64,000 bases of DNA from Alphaproteobacteria bacterium (GCA_965227515.1 CBDDFZ010000001.1:2496001-2560000), one strand, 5' to 3'. Counted from the stretch's first letter, positions 24,007 through 35,403 are shown. The notes: generated by a model from the letters alone, not told the origin. Program-made: numbers and translations.

Positions 24007-24588
24007 ATGCCCGTGCTGATCCCACCGATCCGTCGCGCGCAGGCGCCCGACGGGGCGGCACTCGCCGCCCTTGTGAACTATGCCGGCGAAGGGCTGGCGC
24101 ATTACCTTTGGTCGAAGATGGCGGCCCCCGGCGAAGATCCCTGGGAGGTCGGTCGGCGGCGGCAGGAAGCCAAGATCGCGAGCGCCGAAGTGTTCGTTGT
24201 CGATCAGGGCGATGGGGTGATCGCCGGCCTGACCGGCTATGCGGTGCCCGCAGAGCCTGAACCCATTCCCGACGACATGGACCCGATGTTCCGTCCGCTG
24301 CAGGAGCTGGAGAACCTGGCGCCCTCGACGTGGTACGTGAACGTGCTTGCCGTGATGCCGGACCATCGCGGCCAGGGCTGGGGCAACCGTCTGTTGGACG
24401 TGGCGGAAGCCTGCGCCGTCGAAACCGGCACCGACGGCCTTAGCATCATCGTTGCAGATCGGAATGACGGTGCGTTCCGCCTCTATGCCAAGCGCGGCTA
24501 TGTCGAGTACGCCCGCCGCCCGATGCTGAAAGAGGGCTGGCAGACCGACAGCAACGAGTTCGTGCTGCTGACCCGGCCAGCGACCTAG
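24007..24588 (+). CDS. GNAT family N-acetyltransferase
   Basis: WYVNVLAVMPDHRGQGWGNRLL, NDGAFRLYAKRGY. Confidence 0.9.
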   Translation: MPVLIPPIRRAQAPDGAALAALVNYAGEGLAHYLWSKMAAPGEDPWEVGRRRQEAKIASAEVFVVDQGDGVIAGLTGYAVPAEPEPIPDDMDPMFRPLQELENLAPSTWYVNVLAVMPDHRGQGWGNRLLDVAEACAVETGTDGLSIIVADRNDGAFRLYAKRGYVEYARRPMLKEGWQTDSNEFVLLTRPAT

Positions 24589-24616
24589 GCCGGGATCAGC
24601 TTACGCTGAATCTGCG

Positions 24617-24680
24617 CCAGCCCTCTCCCCCACCCGGCCACCCAGCAGGATACTTTCGTGGGTGGCCGGGTGGGGGAGAG
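24617..24680. repeat. CCCTCTCCC-type REP palindrome, target of the IS110 insertion
   Basis: ccagccctctcccccacccggccaccca...tgggtggccgggtgggggagag. The right arm continues as ggccgg at 25805-25810 after the IS. Confidence 0.88.
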
Positions 24681-24695
24681 CGACTGTCTTTTGTG

Positions 24696-25832
<1,137 letters not shown>

Positions 25833-25876
25833 CTAGGGTGGCGCAAACGAGAGGTAGGGCAGGGCTCGTCTGTTTT

Positions 25877-26106
25877 TCCTCTCCCCGCCGCGCAGCGGTG
25901 TGGGAGAGGAAGGGGCCCAGCCGCAGGCTGGGAAGGTGAGGGGCGTGGCGTGGTCAGTCGCGATCTCACACGCCTGAGGCAAGAGAACGACAGTCTCATC
26001 CGCCGGGCTGAAACGCCGCTTCCGCCGGAACCTTGGCCCTCACCCTCCCGCAAACCTGCGGTTCGCGGGCCCCTCCCTCTCCCGCGCGTACCGCTGGGAG
26101 AGGGGA
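25877..26106. repeat. Composite CCTCTCCC/CCCTCACC palindromic REP-like element
   Basis: cctctcccc..gggagaggaaggggccc..gggaaggtgagggg and its inverted counterpart ccctcaccctccc..gggcccctccctctccc..gggagagggg. Confidence 0.8.
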
Positions 26107-26183
26107 AGTGAAGCCCGTCCGTAGTTATGTGGCGCCAGAAAGGATGTGGCTGTTAGGCCCTCATCAGCCCAACGGCGCGGTCA

Positions 26184-26627
26184 TCAGGAATAGTGGCATT
26201 CGTAGTTCAGGCTGCCGTCGCTGAAGGTCTGGATGACGACAACCCCGCCATAGAAGCTGCAGATGTTGTTGAACTGCTCGGCGTCGCAGCCTTGCACCCA
26301 GGCCGAGTTGCAGCACGTGATCATGCCGTAGCAGACGTCGTGGCCATAGGCCAGGTCGGTCGCGCCCAGCAGGATCAGGTCGATCTGGCGATCCTGATCT
26401 GCAATTTCCGGGTCAATCGGCAGCAGGGCCGGCACATCGATTTCGCCGATGCCGCCGACGGTCGGCCGCGTGGTGTCCATGGAGGGCGGGGCGACGGATG
26501 TCGGGTTCACGGTGTCGCGCGGCGGCGTGGGGTGGGTCGACCCGTTCGGGTCGGTGGCCAGCGCCGGGCCGATGGCGAAAAGGGTGGTGGCGAGCGCCGT
26601 TGCGGCGAATTTGCGGATGTTGGTCAT
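26184..26627 (-). CDS. Hypothetical secreted protein with Pro/Thr linker and Cys-rich C-terminus
   Basis: RBS aggaga, signal peptide, six Cys in the last ~50 aa. Confidence 0.75.
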   Translation of the reverse strand: MTNIRKFAATALATTLFAIGPALATDPNGSTHPTPPRDTVNPTSVAPPSMDTTRPTVGGIGEIDVPALLPIDPEIADQDRQIDLILLGATDLAYGHDVCYGMITCCNSAWVQGCDAEQFNNICSFYGGVVVIQTFSDGSLNYECHYS

Positions 26628-26766
26628 TGTTCTTGTCTCCTGATCTTGGGCGGCTGGATGCCGCCGGTATCGGGAGGTCGCACGACGCGCGGAATTGGTT
26701 CATGCAAATGGCGGGAATGTGTCGGGCGGGCGAAGCGGACGTCGCGGCCGGTCGGTTGCGCGGCGT

Positions 26767-28365
26767 CTATTCGGCCACCAGTGCCGCCAGTTCGCGCCGG
26801 TGCTCGTGCATTTTCAGGAACGCCTGGTAGCGCCGGTCATAGAGCGGGCGCACCGCCGGGTCCGGCGCGACCGTGCGGCCGGTGCGCGCCATCGCAGCAC
26901 CCGCGGCGCCCAGGTCCGGGTGCAGGCCGGCGGCGGTGGCCGCCAGCATGGCGGTGCCGATCAACACCCCTTCCTCCTGCTCCGGCAGTGCCACGGTGCA
27001 GCCGGTGGCATCGGCGTAGAGCGACAGCAGCAGCGGGTTGTGGCGGTGGCCGCCGGTCAGGTGCAGGTGGCGGATGCGGTAACCGGTGTCGTTCATGGCG
27101 TCGATGATGTGGCGGGTGCCCAGCACCACGCCGAGCGCGGTGGCGAAATACACGCGCGCAAGCGCGTCGTCGCCGGTTTCCATGGTCAAGCCGCTGATCA
27201 CCCCGCGCGCGTTCGGGTCGGCCAGCGGCGAGCGGTTGCCGTGAAAGTCCGGCAGCACCATCAGTTCCGGGTCCAGCCCCGGCCCATGCGCCGCCCGCAG
27301 GCGTTCGACGGTCGCCACGACCTCGGCGTGGGTGGCCGCGTCCGGCGTGCGGCCGTGCAGCTCCAGGATGTGGTCCAGCAGCGAACCGCTGGCGCCCTGG
27401 CCGCCCTCGTTGACCCACATGCCGGGCACGATGGCCCCGAAATAGGGGCCCCAGACGCCGTCGATGAAGCGCGGTTCCGGCGACAGCGCCATGTGGCAGG
27501 TGGACGTCCCGGCGATCAGCCCGATGCGGTTGTCGATGGGGGCGCCATCGGCGGCGCCGATGGCATCGCCCAGCACGCCGAGCATGCCGGCATGGGCGTC
27601 GATCAGGCCGGCGGCGACGATGCAGTCGGTGCCGAGCCCCAGGTCGGCGGCGGCAGCCTCCGTCAGCCGCCCGATGGGGGTCGCCACCGCGACCGCGCGT
27701 TCCGGCACCGGGATGTGGTCCATCATGTCGTCCAGCCCGACCGCCTGGTGCAGGGTCGATGGCCAGCCGTCCTTCTCGTGGGCCAGATAGGTCCACTTGC
27801 AGGTGACGGTGCAGGTCGAGCGCGCGTCGCTTCCGGTCGCGCGCCAGGTCAGGTAGTCGGTCAGGTCGAACACGTTGCCGGTGCGCGCCCAGGTGTCGGG
27901 CAGGTGGCGTTTGACCCACATCGACTTCGGGATCTGCATTTCCGGCGACATCACCCCGCCGACATGGCGCAGCGCCGGGTGGCCGGTGGCTGAGCATTCC
28001 TCCGCCTCTGCGATGGCGCGGTGGTCGGCCCACACGATGGTGTCCCAGCGCGCGTCGCCATCAGCCGAGATCGATATCGGGCGCATGTCGCGGTCCCGCC
28101 ACACCAGGGTGCACGACGTGGCATCGAAGCTGAGGCCGACGATCTGCTCCGGCGAGAGGGCGGCATCGGCCAGCGCCGCACGCATTGCCCCGCAGACGGC
28201 CGCCCAGATGTCTTCCGACGAATGCTCCATGTGGCGTGGGCGCGGCCGGTTGACGGCAATATCGCGCACCGCGTACGCCCTGATCTCGCCGCGCGCGTCC
28301 ACGATGGCGGCGCGCGCGCTGCCGGTGCCGACGTCGATTGCGGCCACAAAGGGTCGATTCACCAC
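26767..28365 (-). CDS. FGGY family carbohydrate kinase (D-ribulokinase-like)
   Basis: AIDVGTGSARA, SFDATSCTLV, WADHRA, MSPEMQIPK, GTSTCHM, PDFHGNRSP. Confidence 0.93.
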   Translation of the reverse strand: MVNRPFVAAIDVGTGSARAAIVDARGEIRAYAVRDIAVNRPRPRHMEHSSEDIWAAVCGAMRAALADAALSPEQIVGLSFDATSCTLVWRDRDMRPISISADGDARWDTIVWADHRAIAEAEECSATGHPALRHVGGVMSPEMQIPKSMWVKRHLPDTWARTGNVFDLTDYLTWRATGSDARSTCTVTCKWTYLAHEKDGWPSTLHQAVGLDDMMDHIPVPERAVAVATPIGRLTEAAAADLGLGTDCIVAAGLIDAHAGMLGVLGDAIGAADGAPIDNRIGLIAGTSTCHMALSPEPRFIDGVWGPYFGAIVPGMWVNEGGQGASGSLLDHILELHGRTPDAATHAEVVATVERLRAAHGPGLDPELMVLPDFHGNRSPLADPNARGVISGLTMETGDDALARVYFATALGVVLGTRHIIDAMNDTGYRIRHLHLTGGHRHNPLLLSLYADATGCTVALPEQEEGVLIGTAMLAATAAGLHPDLGAAGAAMARTGRTVAPDPAVRPLYDRRYQAFLKMHEHRRELAALVAE

Positions 28366-28488
28366 CTGTTTCCCTCCCCATCGGCCGGTCCGGCTGCCGG
28401 CCTTGCCTATTCATCCGCGTTGTGCGGCCCTGCCCACGCGGCTAAGTTCTACCTTGCTGAAGCAAAAGACCAAACCCGGGAGGAGCCG

Positions 28489-28929
28489 GTGCTCAAGGGC
28501 CTCGACCCCATCTTGAATGCCGATCTGCTGCATATCCTGCGTGCCATGGGGCACGGCGACGACCTGGCCATCGTCGACGCCAATTTCCCGGCGACCACCA
28601 TGTCGAAGCGGCTGGTGCGGATGGATGGCCACACCGCCACCCGGGTGCTGGATGGCGTGCTGTCGGTCATGCCGCTGGACACCTTCGTCGACACCGCCGC
28701 CTGGCACATGGAGCCGGTTGACGATCCCACCAGCGTGCCGCCGGTATGCGGGGAATTCCAGCAGATCGTCGACAAGCACGAAGGCGCCGGCAAATTCCCC
28801 CTCGGCACGATCGAGCGGTTCGCGTTCTACGATCACGTCCAGTCCTGTTTCGCGGTGATCGCGACCGGCGAGCGGCGCCTTTATGGCAACGTGATCCTGC
28901 GCATGGGAGTGATCCATCCCGATGACTAG
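28489..28929 (+). CDS. RbsD/FucU family sugar mutarotase
   Basis: LKGLDPIL, MGHGDDLAIVDANFP, ERFAFY, TGERRLYGNVIL. GTG start after aggag. Confidence 0.93.
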   Translation: MLKGLDPILNADLLHILRAMGHGDDLAIVDANFPATTMSKRLVRMDGHTATRVLDGVLSVMPLDTFVDTAAWHMEPVDDPTSVPPVCGEFQQIVDKHEGAGKFPLGTIERFAFYDHVQSCFAVIATGERRLYGNVILRMGVIHPDD

Positions 28930-29209
28930 GCAAGACGGACATGGGCGGGCCTTGCGCGCCGGTGCGCTTCTCGCGGCCGGTGCGTTGGCACTTGGGCTTG
29001 CCGGCTGCGGCAGCGATCACGAGCTGTCGCTGTTCACGCCTTACGGTGCCGGCTATTCGGACGGTTGCGAGAGCGGCTATGCCGACGCCGGGGTCAACTA
29101 TTTCGAATACGACCACAATGGCGGCCTGTTCGGGTCCGGCGGCTATGGCGACGGCTGGGACAATGGCTACGAATGGTGCCAGGCGTTCTGGCGCGCGGCG
29201 GATATGTAG
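28922..29209 (+). CDS. Small putative lipoprotein
   Basis: Lipobox LAGC; GYSDGCESG...YGDGWDNGYEWC. Confidence 0.75.
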   Translation: MTRQDGHGRALRAGALLAAGALALGLAGCGSDHELSLFTPYGAGYSDGCESGYADAGVNYFEYDHNGGLFGSGGYGDGWDNGYEWCQAFWRAADM

Positions 29210-29410
29210 CCAACACTGTCGTGCGGCGTGGCGCGGCTGCATCCATTCCGGTTTCTCGCCAAGCATTCCTGCCGATCCGTGACCCAGCGTGATCGACAGA
29301 TTGCCCTTCGGTAAGCTATAAGTCGCGCGAATCGCGGTACCGACTTCGGGGCGTATGTCCGGCTCCGCCGGCCCGGGTCGCGACGTGGTCTGGAACTGCT
29401 ACGGGGCGCC

Positions 29411-31141
29411 GTGTTTACGCCGACCAAGTCCATCTGGCAGAAAACCGCCGCGCTGGCGCTTGCTGGCGCGTGCCTGACCGCACCGCTGACCGAGGCGGAG
29501 GCGCAGGTTTTCGACGGCCAGCGCGTCGCCCTGGTGGTTGGCAACAGCCAGTATGAAGACGTCGGTGCGCTGGTCAATCCGCGCAACGATGCCATCGCCA
29601 TGGCCAACGCCCTGCGCGCGCTCGATTTCGACGTCATCGAAAAGGTGGATGTCGACCGCGAGACGTTCTTCGACGCACTGCGCGATTTCAGCGCCAGCCT
29701 GCGCCCCGGTGTGCTGGCGGTGTTCTACTACGCAGGCCACGGTGTGCAGGTGGACGGCCGCAACTACATCCTGCCGGTCGATGCGCGCCTGTCGGTGAAC
29801 GAGGACTTCGACCTCCACGCGGTCAACGCATCCGACGTGCTCGGTATCATGGAGGCATCGGGCGCCGGGCTCAGCGTGATGATCCTAGATGCCTGCCGCG
29901 ACAACCCGTTCCCGCAGTGGTCGAGCAGGGTGCACAGCGGCCTGGCGGCGATGGAGGCCGGCTCCGGCCAGACGCTGATCGCCTACGCCACCGCGCCCGG
30001 CAACGTCGCCGACGACGGCAATGGCGTTCACAGCCCCTACACCCAGGCGCTGCTGCAGGTGGTCCGCGAGCCGGGCCTGGAGATCGGCCTGATCTTTCGC
30101 AAGGTGCGGCGCCTGGTGCGCGAGGCGACCAACGGCACCCAGATCCCATGGGTCTCCGGCACGCTGGAGGATCAGTTCTATCTGACGCCGCCCAATGTCG
30201 TCCCCGATGCCGCCGGCACCGATGTGATCGCGTGGCAGTCGGTGCAGCAGATCGAGGACGTGGCGTCGCGCGCCGACGCGCTGCGCCATTACCTGGAGCG
30301 CTATCCGGACGGGCGCTTTGCGATGCTGGCCCTGCTGCAATTGCGCGATCTGGTTGGCACCACCGAGTTCGAAGGTGTGGCCGAGCCGGCTGGCGGCACC
30401 CAGCCGCGGGCGGTGACCACCGACGAGCTGGTGGAGAACGAGTCCGATCTCAGCGAGGCGGAGCGTCGTCGCATCCAGGAAGCGCTACAGTTGGTCGATG
30501 CCTACTATGGCGAGATCGACGGCATGTTCGGCCGCGGCACCCGTCAGGCGATCCGCCGGTTCCAGGAGCGGCTGGAGCAGGAACCGTCGGGCTACCTGAC
30601 CGACCAGCAGCGGCTGGCGCTGGCAGTGGCGGCGGCAGACCAGGCGGCGCAGACCGCGTTCGGCGTGGCCGCCCAGGCCCGCGCCGCGCGGGAGAAGGCA
30701 CTGGAAGTGGCGGCGAGCGTCGCCGCGGTCTCCGGCAGCGTCAACGAGGGCGCCTACACCGGCCAGCCGCTGGCGCGCAATGGCGTGTCCTATGGCGTGC
30801 TGGGGCTGGAGAGCGGGGACCTGTTCACCGGCGAGTTCGAGCATGGCCAGGCGGTGCTGGGCGTGCGCGCGTTCACCAATGGCGACATCTATATGGGCGC
30901 CTTCCGCAATGGCTTGCCGGAGGGTTTCGGCGTCTACCAGTTCTCCAGCGGCGGCGAGGTGGCGGGCCAGTGGAAGGCCGGCGTCCTGGACGGTTTCGCG
31001 TTGAGCCAGGACTCGACCAACCGGCGCATCGCCGGCGAGTGGCAGGAGAACCGCCCGCATGGGTTCGGCGTCGCTTCGCTGGCCGACGGCACCATTGCCC
31101 GCGGTTTCTGGGTCGACGGCGAGTTCACCCAGATGCTCTAG
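29411..31141 (+). CDS. Secreted caspase-like (peptidase C14) protein with peptidoglycan-binding domain and MORN-like repeats
   Basis: RVALVVGNSQY, YYAGHGVQ (His), ILDACRDNP (Cys); IQEALQ..IDGMFGRGTRQAIRRFQ; GDIYMGAFRNGLPEGFG repeats. Confidence 0.9.
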   Translation: MFTPTKSIWQKTAALALAGACLTAPLTEAEAQVFDGQRVALVVGNSQYEDVGALVNPRNDAIAMANALRALDFDVIEKVDVDRETFFDALRDFSASLRPGVLAVFYYAGHGVQVDGRNYILPVDARLSVNEDFDLHAVNASDVLGIMEASGAGLSVMILDACRDNPFPQWSSRVHSGLAAMEAGSGQTLIAYATAPGNVADDGNGVHSPYTQALLQVVREPGLEIGLIFRKVRRLVREATNGTQIPWVSGTLEDQFYLTPPNVVPDAAGTDVIAWQSVQQIEDVASRADALRHYLERYPDGRFAMLALLQLRDLVGTTEFEGVAEPAGGTQPRAVTTDELVENESDLSEAERRRIQEALQLVDAYYGEIDGMFGRGTRQAIRRFQERLEQEPSGYLTDQQRLALAVAAADQAAQTAFGVAAQARAAREKALEVAASVAAVSGSVNEGAYTGQPLARNGVSYGVLGLESGDLFTGEFEHGQAVLGVRAFTNGDIYMGAFRNGLPEGFGVYQFSSGGEVAGQWKAGVLDGFALSQDSTNRRIAGEWQENRPHGFGVASLADGTIARGFWVDGEFTQML

Positions 31142-31218
31142 GTCCGGCGTCGGAGCGTAGGGTCCCATCCGTCATTGCGTTGATATGGCGGTCAATCACC
31201 ACGAAATTATTCACCTTC

Positions 31219-31306
31219 GTCATGGTCGGGCTTGTCCCGACCATCCACGACTTGGCCGCTACGCGTCCAATAAGGCGTGGATGCCCGCAACAAGTGCGGG
31301 CATGAC
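31219..31306. repeat. REP-like palindromic element, family A
   Basis: gtcatggtcgggcttgtcccgaccatccacg...cgtggatgcccgcaacaagtgcgggcatgac, between convergent genes. Confidence 0.88.
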
Positions 31307-31379
31307 GGTAAGGGGTGGCCGGGAAATCCATGCATCGGATGCAGTGAGGGCGCCATTTGCCCGGCGCAGCAAAGCCGCC

Positions 31380-32702
31380 TCAGTCCTTCTTCTGCTGCAC
31401 CTCGTCCAGCTTCAGCGCGAATGGCACCGCGCCCAGGGACATGACGGCGAAGATCGCCAGCACGGTCGCCTCGCCCGCGACGTGAGCGACCACGCCGAAC
31501 ACGCCGCCGGCCAGCAGCAGCACGCCGATGATGGTGTTGGACAGCGCCGTGTAGGCTGCGCGGGTCTCCGCGTCGGCCATGTCGACCAGGTGGGTCGAGC
31601 GCCCCAGCCGCACGCCCTGATGGGCGACCACCAGCACGAACAGCAGCACCGGCGCGACCCAGGCGACCGACAGCGCCGTGTGTGCCGCGAAGGCAAGGGC
31701 GGCGGAGACGCCCAGCACGGCGGCGGCGGCGATCCCCGCCAGCGCCAGCACCTTGCGGCTGGACCGGTCGGCAAGCCGTCCCCAGGCGTAGGTGCTGACC
31801 GCACCGGCCAATGCCGACGCGATGATGAACGGACCCAGCGCGCCGATCTCGTTCTCGCCGGCGCGCCCCGCCAGCGCGAGCAGGAACGGCGGCGCCAGCG
31901 CGGTGGCGGTCAACAGCCCGCGCGCGATGATGAACAGGCGCAGTTGCCGGTCCTGCCGCAGCAACGAGAATTGCCGCAGCACCCCCTTGAGGCCCTCGTT
32001 GGTCTGGCCATCCTGTGAACTGGCCGGTTCGACCAGGGTCGAGAACAGCGTTGCGGCTACCATCCAGAGAACGCCGGCGATGATCAGCACCACGGCGATT
32101 GCGCCCACCGATCGCTCGATAATGCCGACCGTCAACAGCGCGCCGAAGGTCAGCACCGCGATGGCCGCCACGGTCGCGGCCGAACCGGTGGCGGTGCCGC
32201 GGGTGGCCTTGGCGACGGTCTTGCCGAGCACGTCCTTGTAGCTGACCGAGCAGACGCTGCGCGCAATGGCCAGCACGGCGAGCAGGGCGACGATGCACCA
32301 GCCTGCGGCGACACCATCGAGCGTCAACGCGACCACCGCCATGCCGATGGCACAGGCGCCCTGCACCAGGCTGCCGGCCGCCCACACCCATTTGCGCTGC
32401 GGCAATCTTTGCAGCCGGGCGGAAATGAACAGTTGCGGCAGCAGCGCGCCGGCCTCGCGCAGCGGGACCAGCAGGCCGACCAGATAGGCGGGAACGCCGA
32501 GTGCGCCGAACAGCCAGGAGAGCACCAGCTTGGGGTCGGCCAGGCCGTCGCTGGCCTTGGTGGCGCCCAGGCTGGCGACATGGGTCAGGAAATTGCGCGG
32601 CTGGGCCCGCCGCGCATCCTCCGACATGTCGCTGCCAGCCTGCCGGCCATTCTTGCCGACAAGCAGATCATAGACGGCCGAACCGGCCGAGTCCGATTTC
32701 AT
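31380..32702 (-). CDS. MFS transporter
   Basis: About 12 hydrophobic segments; WGRLADRSSRK loop motif. Confidence 0.88.
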   Translation of the reverse strand: MKSDSAGSAVYDLLVGKNGRQAGSDMSEDARRAQPRNFLTHVASLGATKASDGLADPKLVLSWLFGALGVPAYLVGLLVPLREAGALLPQLFISARLQRLPQRKWVWAAGSLVQGACAIGMAVVALTLDGVAAGWCIVALLAVLAIARSVCSVSYKDVLGKTVAKATRGTATGSAATVAAIAVLTFGALLTVGIIERSVGAIAVVLIIAGVLWMVAATLFSTLVEPASSQDGQTNEGLKGVLRQFSLLRQDRQLRLFIIARGLLTATALAPPFLLALAGRAGENEIGALGPFIIASALAGAVSTYAWGRLADRSSRKVLALAGIAAAAVLGVSAALAFAAHTALSVAWVAPVLLFVLVVAHQGVRLGRSTHLVDMADAETRAAYTALSNTIIGVLLLAGGVFGVVAHVAGEATVLAIFAVMSLGAVPFALKLDEVQQKKD

Positions 32703-32756
32703 GGGCGGGACCCCCTCCCTGGTCCCAAACAGCTACGTCAGGTCGATCCGCTCGGA

Positions 32757-33698
32757 TCAGTCGCCGCCGGCCAGCTTCTTGGCTTGCGCGATCCACTCCT
32801 CGCGTTCGATGCGACCCTTGAAGCTCAACTGGTCGTTGACCCGCTCCACATCCTCCGGCGTGAACGCGGCGATCTGCGCGAACGTGGTGATGCCGAGATC
32901 GTGGAGCTTGCCCGACAGCACCTTGCCGATGCCCTTGATGCGGGTCAGGTCGTCCGGCCCGCCCGATGCCGCAGCCGCCGTGGACGGCTTGGATGGCGTA
33001 TCCGGCGTGTTGCCGGGCTTTGCCTCTTCGGCCTCGACCGCGTCCTCGACCTCTTCCGGATCGTCGGAGGAGGCGGGGGGCGTGTCCACACCCACCACCG
33101 GCGCGTCCTTGTCAGCCGCACCGGCGGACGAGCCGGCTTTCTTCGGCGCCGATTTGCTGCCCTTCGCAGTGTCGTCGGCGGCATCGCTCTCGGGCGGCAC
33201 GGCGGAGACCTCGGCCGCCGCGCTGACGCTCGGCACGCTGTCGCCGGGCGGTGGCGGCGTCTGGTCCGGCGGCAGCGGCGGTGTCGACAGGGCGCCAGGC
33301 GACGATGTGTCGGATGCCACCGGCGGGACGGGGTTGCCGCCGCCTTCCGCCACCGCCGTCTCGTGGCGGTCCAGCCGCTGCGACAGGTCGGCGATGGTGG
33401 CCTCGTGCGCGACCACGGTGTCCTGCAGGCTGCCGCACCGCTCGTTGCACGCGGCCAGGGCCTTTTGCGCCTCGTCCAGGTCCGCGCTTGCCTTGGCGAG
33501 GTTCGCCTCGCTGGTATGCAATGCGCTCGTCGCCTTGTCGCGTTCCGCCTGCAGGCCGGTCAGGCGACTGTCATTGATCTGCATCGAATCGACCTGCTCG
33601 CGCCGATAAAACAACCGACACAACAGCCAGCCCGCGATGATGCCCAGCAGGACGCCAATCACCAGCCACATCAGGATTTCCCAGAACACGTAGCCCAC
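32757..33698 (-). CDS. Membrane-anchored coiled-coil protein with C-terminal helix-hairpin-helix domain
   Basis: N-terminal TM helix, coiled coil, Pro/acidic linker, DDLTRIKGIGKVLSGKLHDLGITTFAQIA..GRIEREEWIAQA. Confidence 0.82.
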   Translation of the reverse strand: MGYVFWEILMWLVIGVLLGIIAGWLLCRLFYRREQVDSMQINDSRLTGLQAERDKATSALHTSEANLAKASADLDEAQKALAACNERCGSLQDTVVAHEATIADLSQRLDRHETAVAEGGGNPVPPVASDTSSPGALSTPPLPPDQTPPPPGDSVPSVSAAAEVSAVPPESDAADDTAKGSKSAPKKAGSSAGAADKDAPVVGVDTPPASSDDPEEVEDAVEAEEAKPGNTPDTPSKPSTAAAASGGPDDLTRIKGIGKVLSGKLHDLGITTFAQIAAFTPEDVERVNDQLSFKGRIEREEWIAQAKKLAGGD

Positions 33699-33751
33699 CT
33701 CTGTGTTTCCCGTTGATCCAATATCGCGTTGTCGTCCCGGCGAGACGCGCC

Positions 33752-35230
33752 CTAGGGCAGTACCTGGAACTCGATCCGCCGGTTGGTCGCCCGTCCGTCA
33801 GCCGAGGTGTTGTCGGCAATCGGGATGTCGGCACCGTAGCCGACCGCAATAATGCGCTCAGACGGCACACCGCGCAAATTGAGATAGGCCAGCACCGTGT
33901 CCGACCAGGCGTCGCTGACGCTCTGGTCGCGTGCCTGGTCCTCGGTGGCGTCGACGTGCCCGCTGATTTGCACCTGGGTGTCGTCGGGGCAACGACGCAG
34001 GGCCAGGGCCACCTCGTCGAGCCGTTCGCTGGCCGCCGGCAGCAGGATGTCGCTATCCTCTACGAACGTGTCATCGGCGGCGAGGGTCAGCTCGGACAAT
34101 GCCGCCTGGCAGCCTTCGGCATTGGTCCGATCCGCCTCGGCGATGTCGGGGATCGGCAGCGTGCGCGCCAGCTCGAACATCGCATCGTTGTTGCGCGGGG
34201 CGGTGGCGCCGATTTCCTCGGCGGTGCCGATATTGGCGACCACCGGCACGATGGCGGCGCCGGGCTGCTGGAACGCGGACTCCAGCGCGGACCGCACGAT
34301 GTCGGCCATCATCGGATCGGCAACCACGCCGGTGACGCGCAGCTCGGTGCCGGTCAGCTCGGCGATGCCGGTGTCCAAGCTGCCGAACTGGCGCACCATC
34401 AGGTCGGTCAGGTCCTGCCAGCCCTCCATGACGTTGCCGGGCACCACGACCAGCCGGTCGACCACCTGAACGCCGCTGGCCTGCCGGCGCGCCAGTTCCA
34501 TCAGCCTGTTGCGCTCCTCGGCGTTGGGTACCTCGCCGCTCAGCTCCAGCATTGCGGCACTGCGTTCGATGGTCAGCGGGAACACGCGCGGCGGCGACAC
34601 CTGAACGTTCGCGCGCACCGTCACCAGCCCGGAATAGTCGGCGAACGCCTCCTCGATGGCGGCGTTGGTGCGCTGGTCGATGGAAAGCCCCTCGGCGACG
34701 ATGCCGTTGTTGGCGATGACGATCTCGCCCTCCAGCAGGGCGGCGGCCTGCGCGATCAGCAGCCCGACGATCTCCTCATGCTCGGGAAACGGGCGCCCCG
34801 GGGCGACGGTCAGCTCGTGCTCGACTGCGTCGGTGCCGACGGCCTCGCGCGCCATCTCGACCACCCGGTCGGCGAAGTCCTGGTCCGGCACCTCGCCGGT
34901 AATGCGCATGAGGTCGGGCGCGCGCTTGATGACCATGGCGTAGGTGCGATAGGGCTCGACCACCGCCTCCGACACCACCTCGTCGACGCCGTCGACGGCC
35001 AGCACCAGGGCCTCCGCCGTCGCGACCTCGTCAGCGCTCGCCGCGGTGCCGCTGATGGTGACGACATGCTCGTCGGTCTCGGTCGACGCCCATTGCTGGC
35101 CGCCTTCGGCCAGCGCCTGCGCCGCGGCCAGGTTGATCTTGGCCTCGATCCTCGGGATCTCGATCAGCGGCACCGCCACGAGCAGGGCCGCGATCAGCAA
35201 GCCGACGATGGCCAGAGCTATGCCATGCAT
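33752..35230 (-). CDS. BON-repeat / OmpA-like C-terminal domain protein
   Basis: N-terminal TM helix, repeated BON-like units (VTISGTA, ITGEVPD, LSGEVPN), OmpA-like ISGHVD..GYGADIPIADN..NRRIEF. Start uncertain. Confidence 0.85.
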   Translation of the reverse strand: MHGIALAIVGLLIAALLVAVPLIEIPRIEAKINLAAAQALAEGGQQWASTETDEHVVTISGTAASADEVATAEALVLAVDGVDEVVSEAVVEPYRTYAMVIKRAPDLMRITGEVPDQDFADRVVEMAREAVGTDAVEHELTVAPGRPFPEHEEIVGLLIAQAAALLEGEIVIANNGIVAEGLSIDQRTNAAIEEAFADYSGLVTVRANVQVSPPRVFPLTIERSAAMLELSGEVPNAEERNRLMELARRQASGVQVVDRLVVVPGNVMEGWQDLTDLMVRQFGSLDTGIAELTGTELRVTGVVADPMMADIVRSALESAFQQPGAAIVPVVANIGTAEEIGATAPRNNDAMFELARTLPIPDIAEADRTNAEGCQAALSELTLAADDTFVEDSDILLPAASERLDEVALALRRCPDDTQVQISGHVDATEDQARDQSVSDAWSDTVLAYLNLRGVPSERIIAVGYGADIPIADNTSADGRATNRRIEFQVLP

Positions 35231-35403
35231 GCCAACGTGACTCCGCGGTCCCGAACACCTGAGCCTTCGCCCGACGCTTGCCCTTCGCGCGCCTGTCGGG
35301 GCAGGGAATCGGCCCGTCGCGCGCGATGGCGTTGGACCATCATTGCCCGGCGGGTATGATCGGTCAAATCCGCACATTGGCAATGCGATGCAAAGGAGTA
35401 GCG

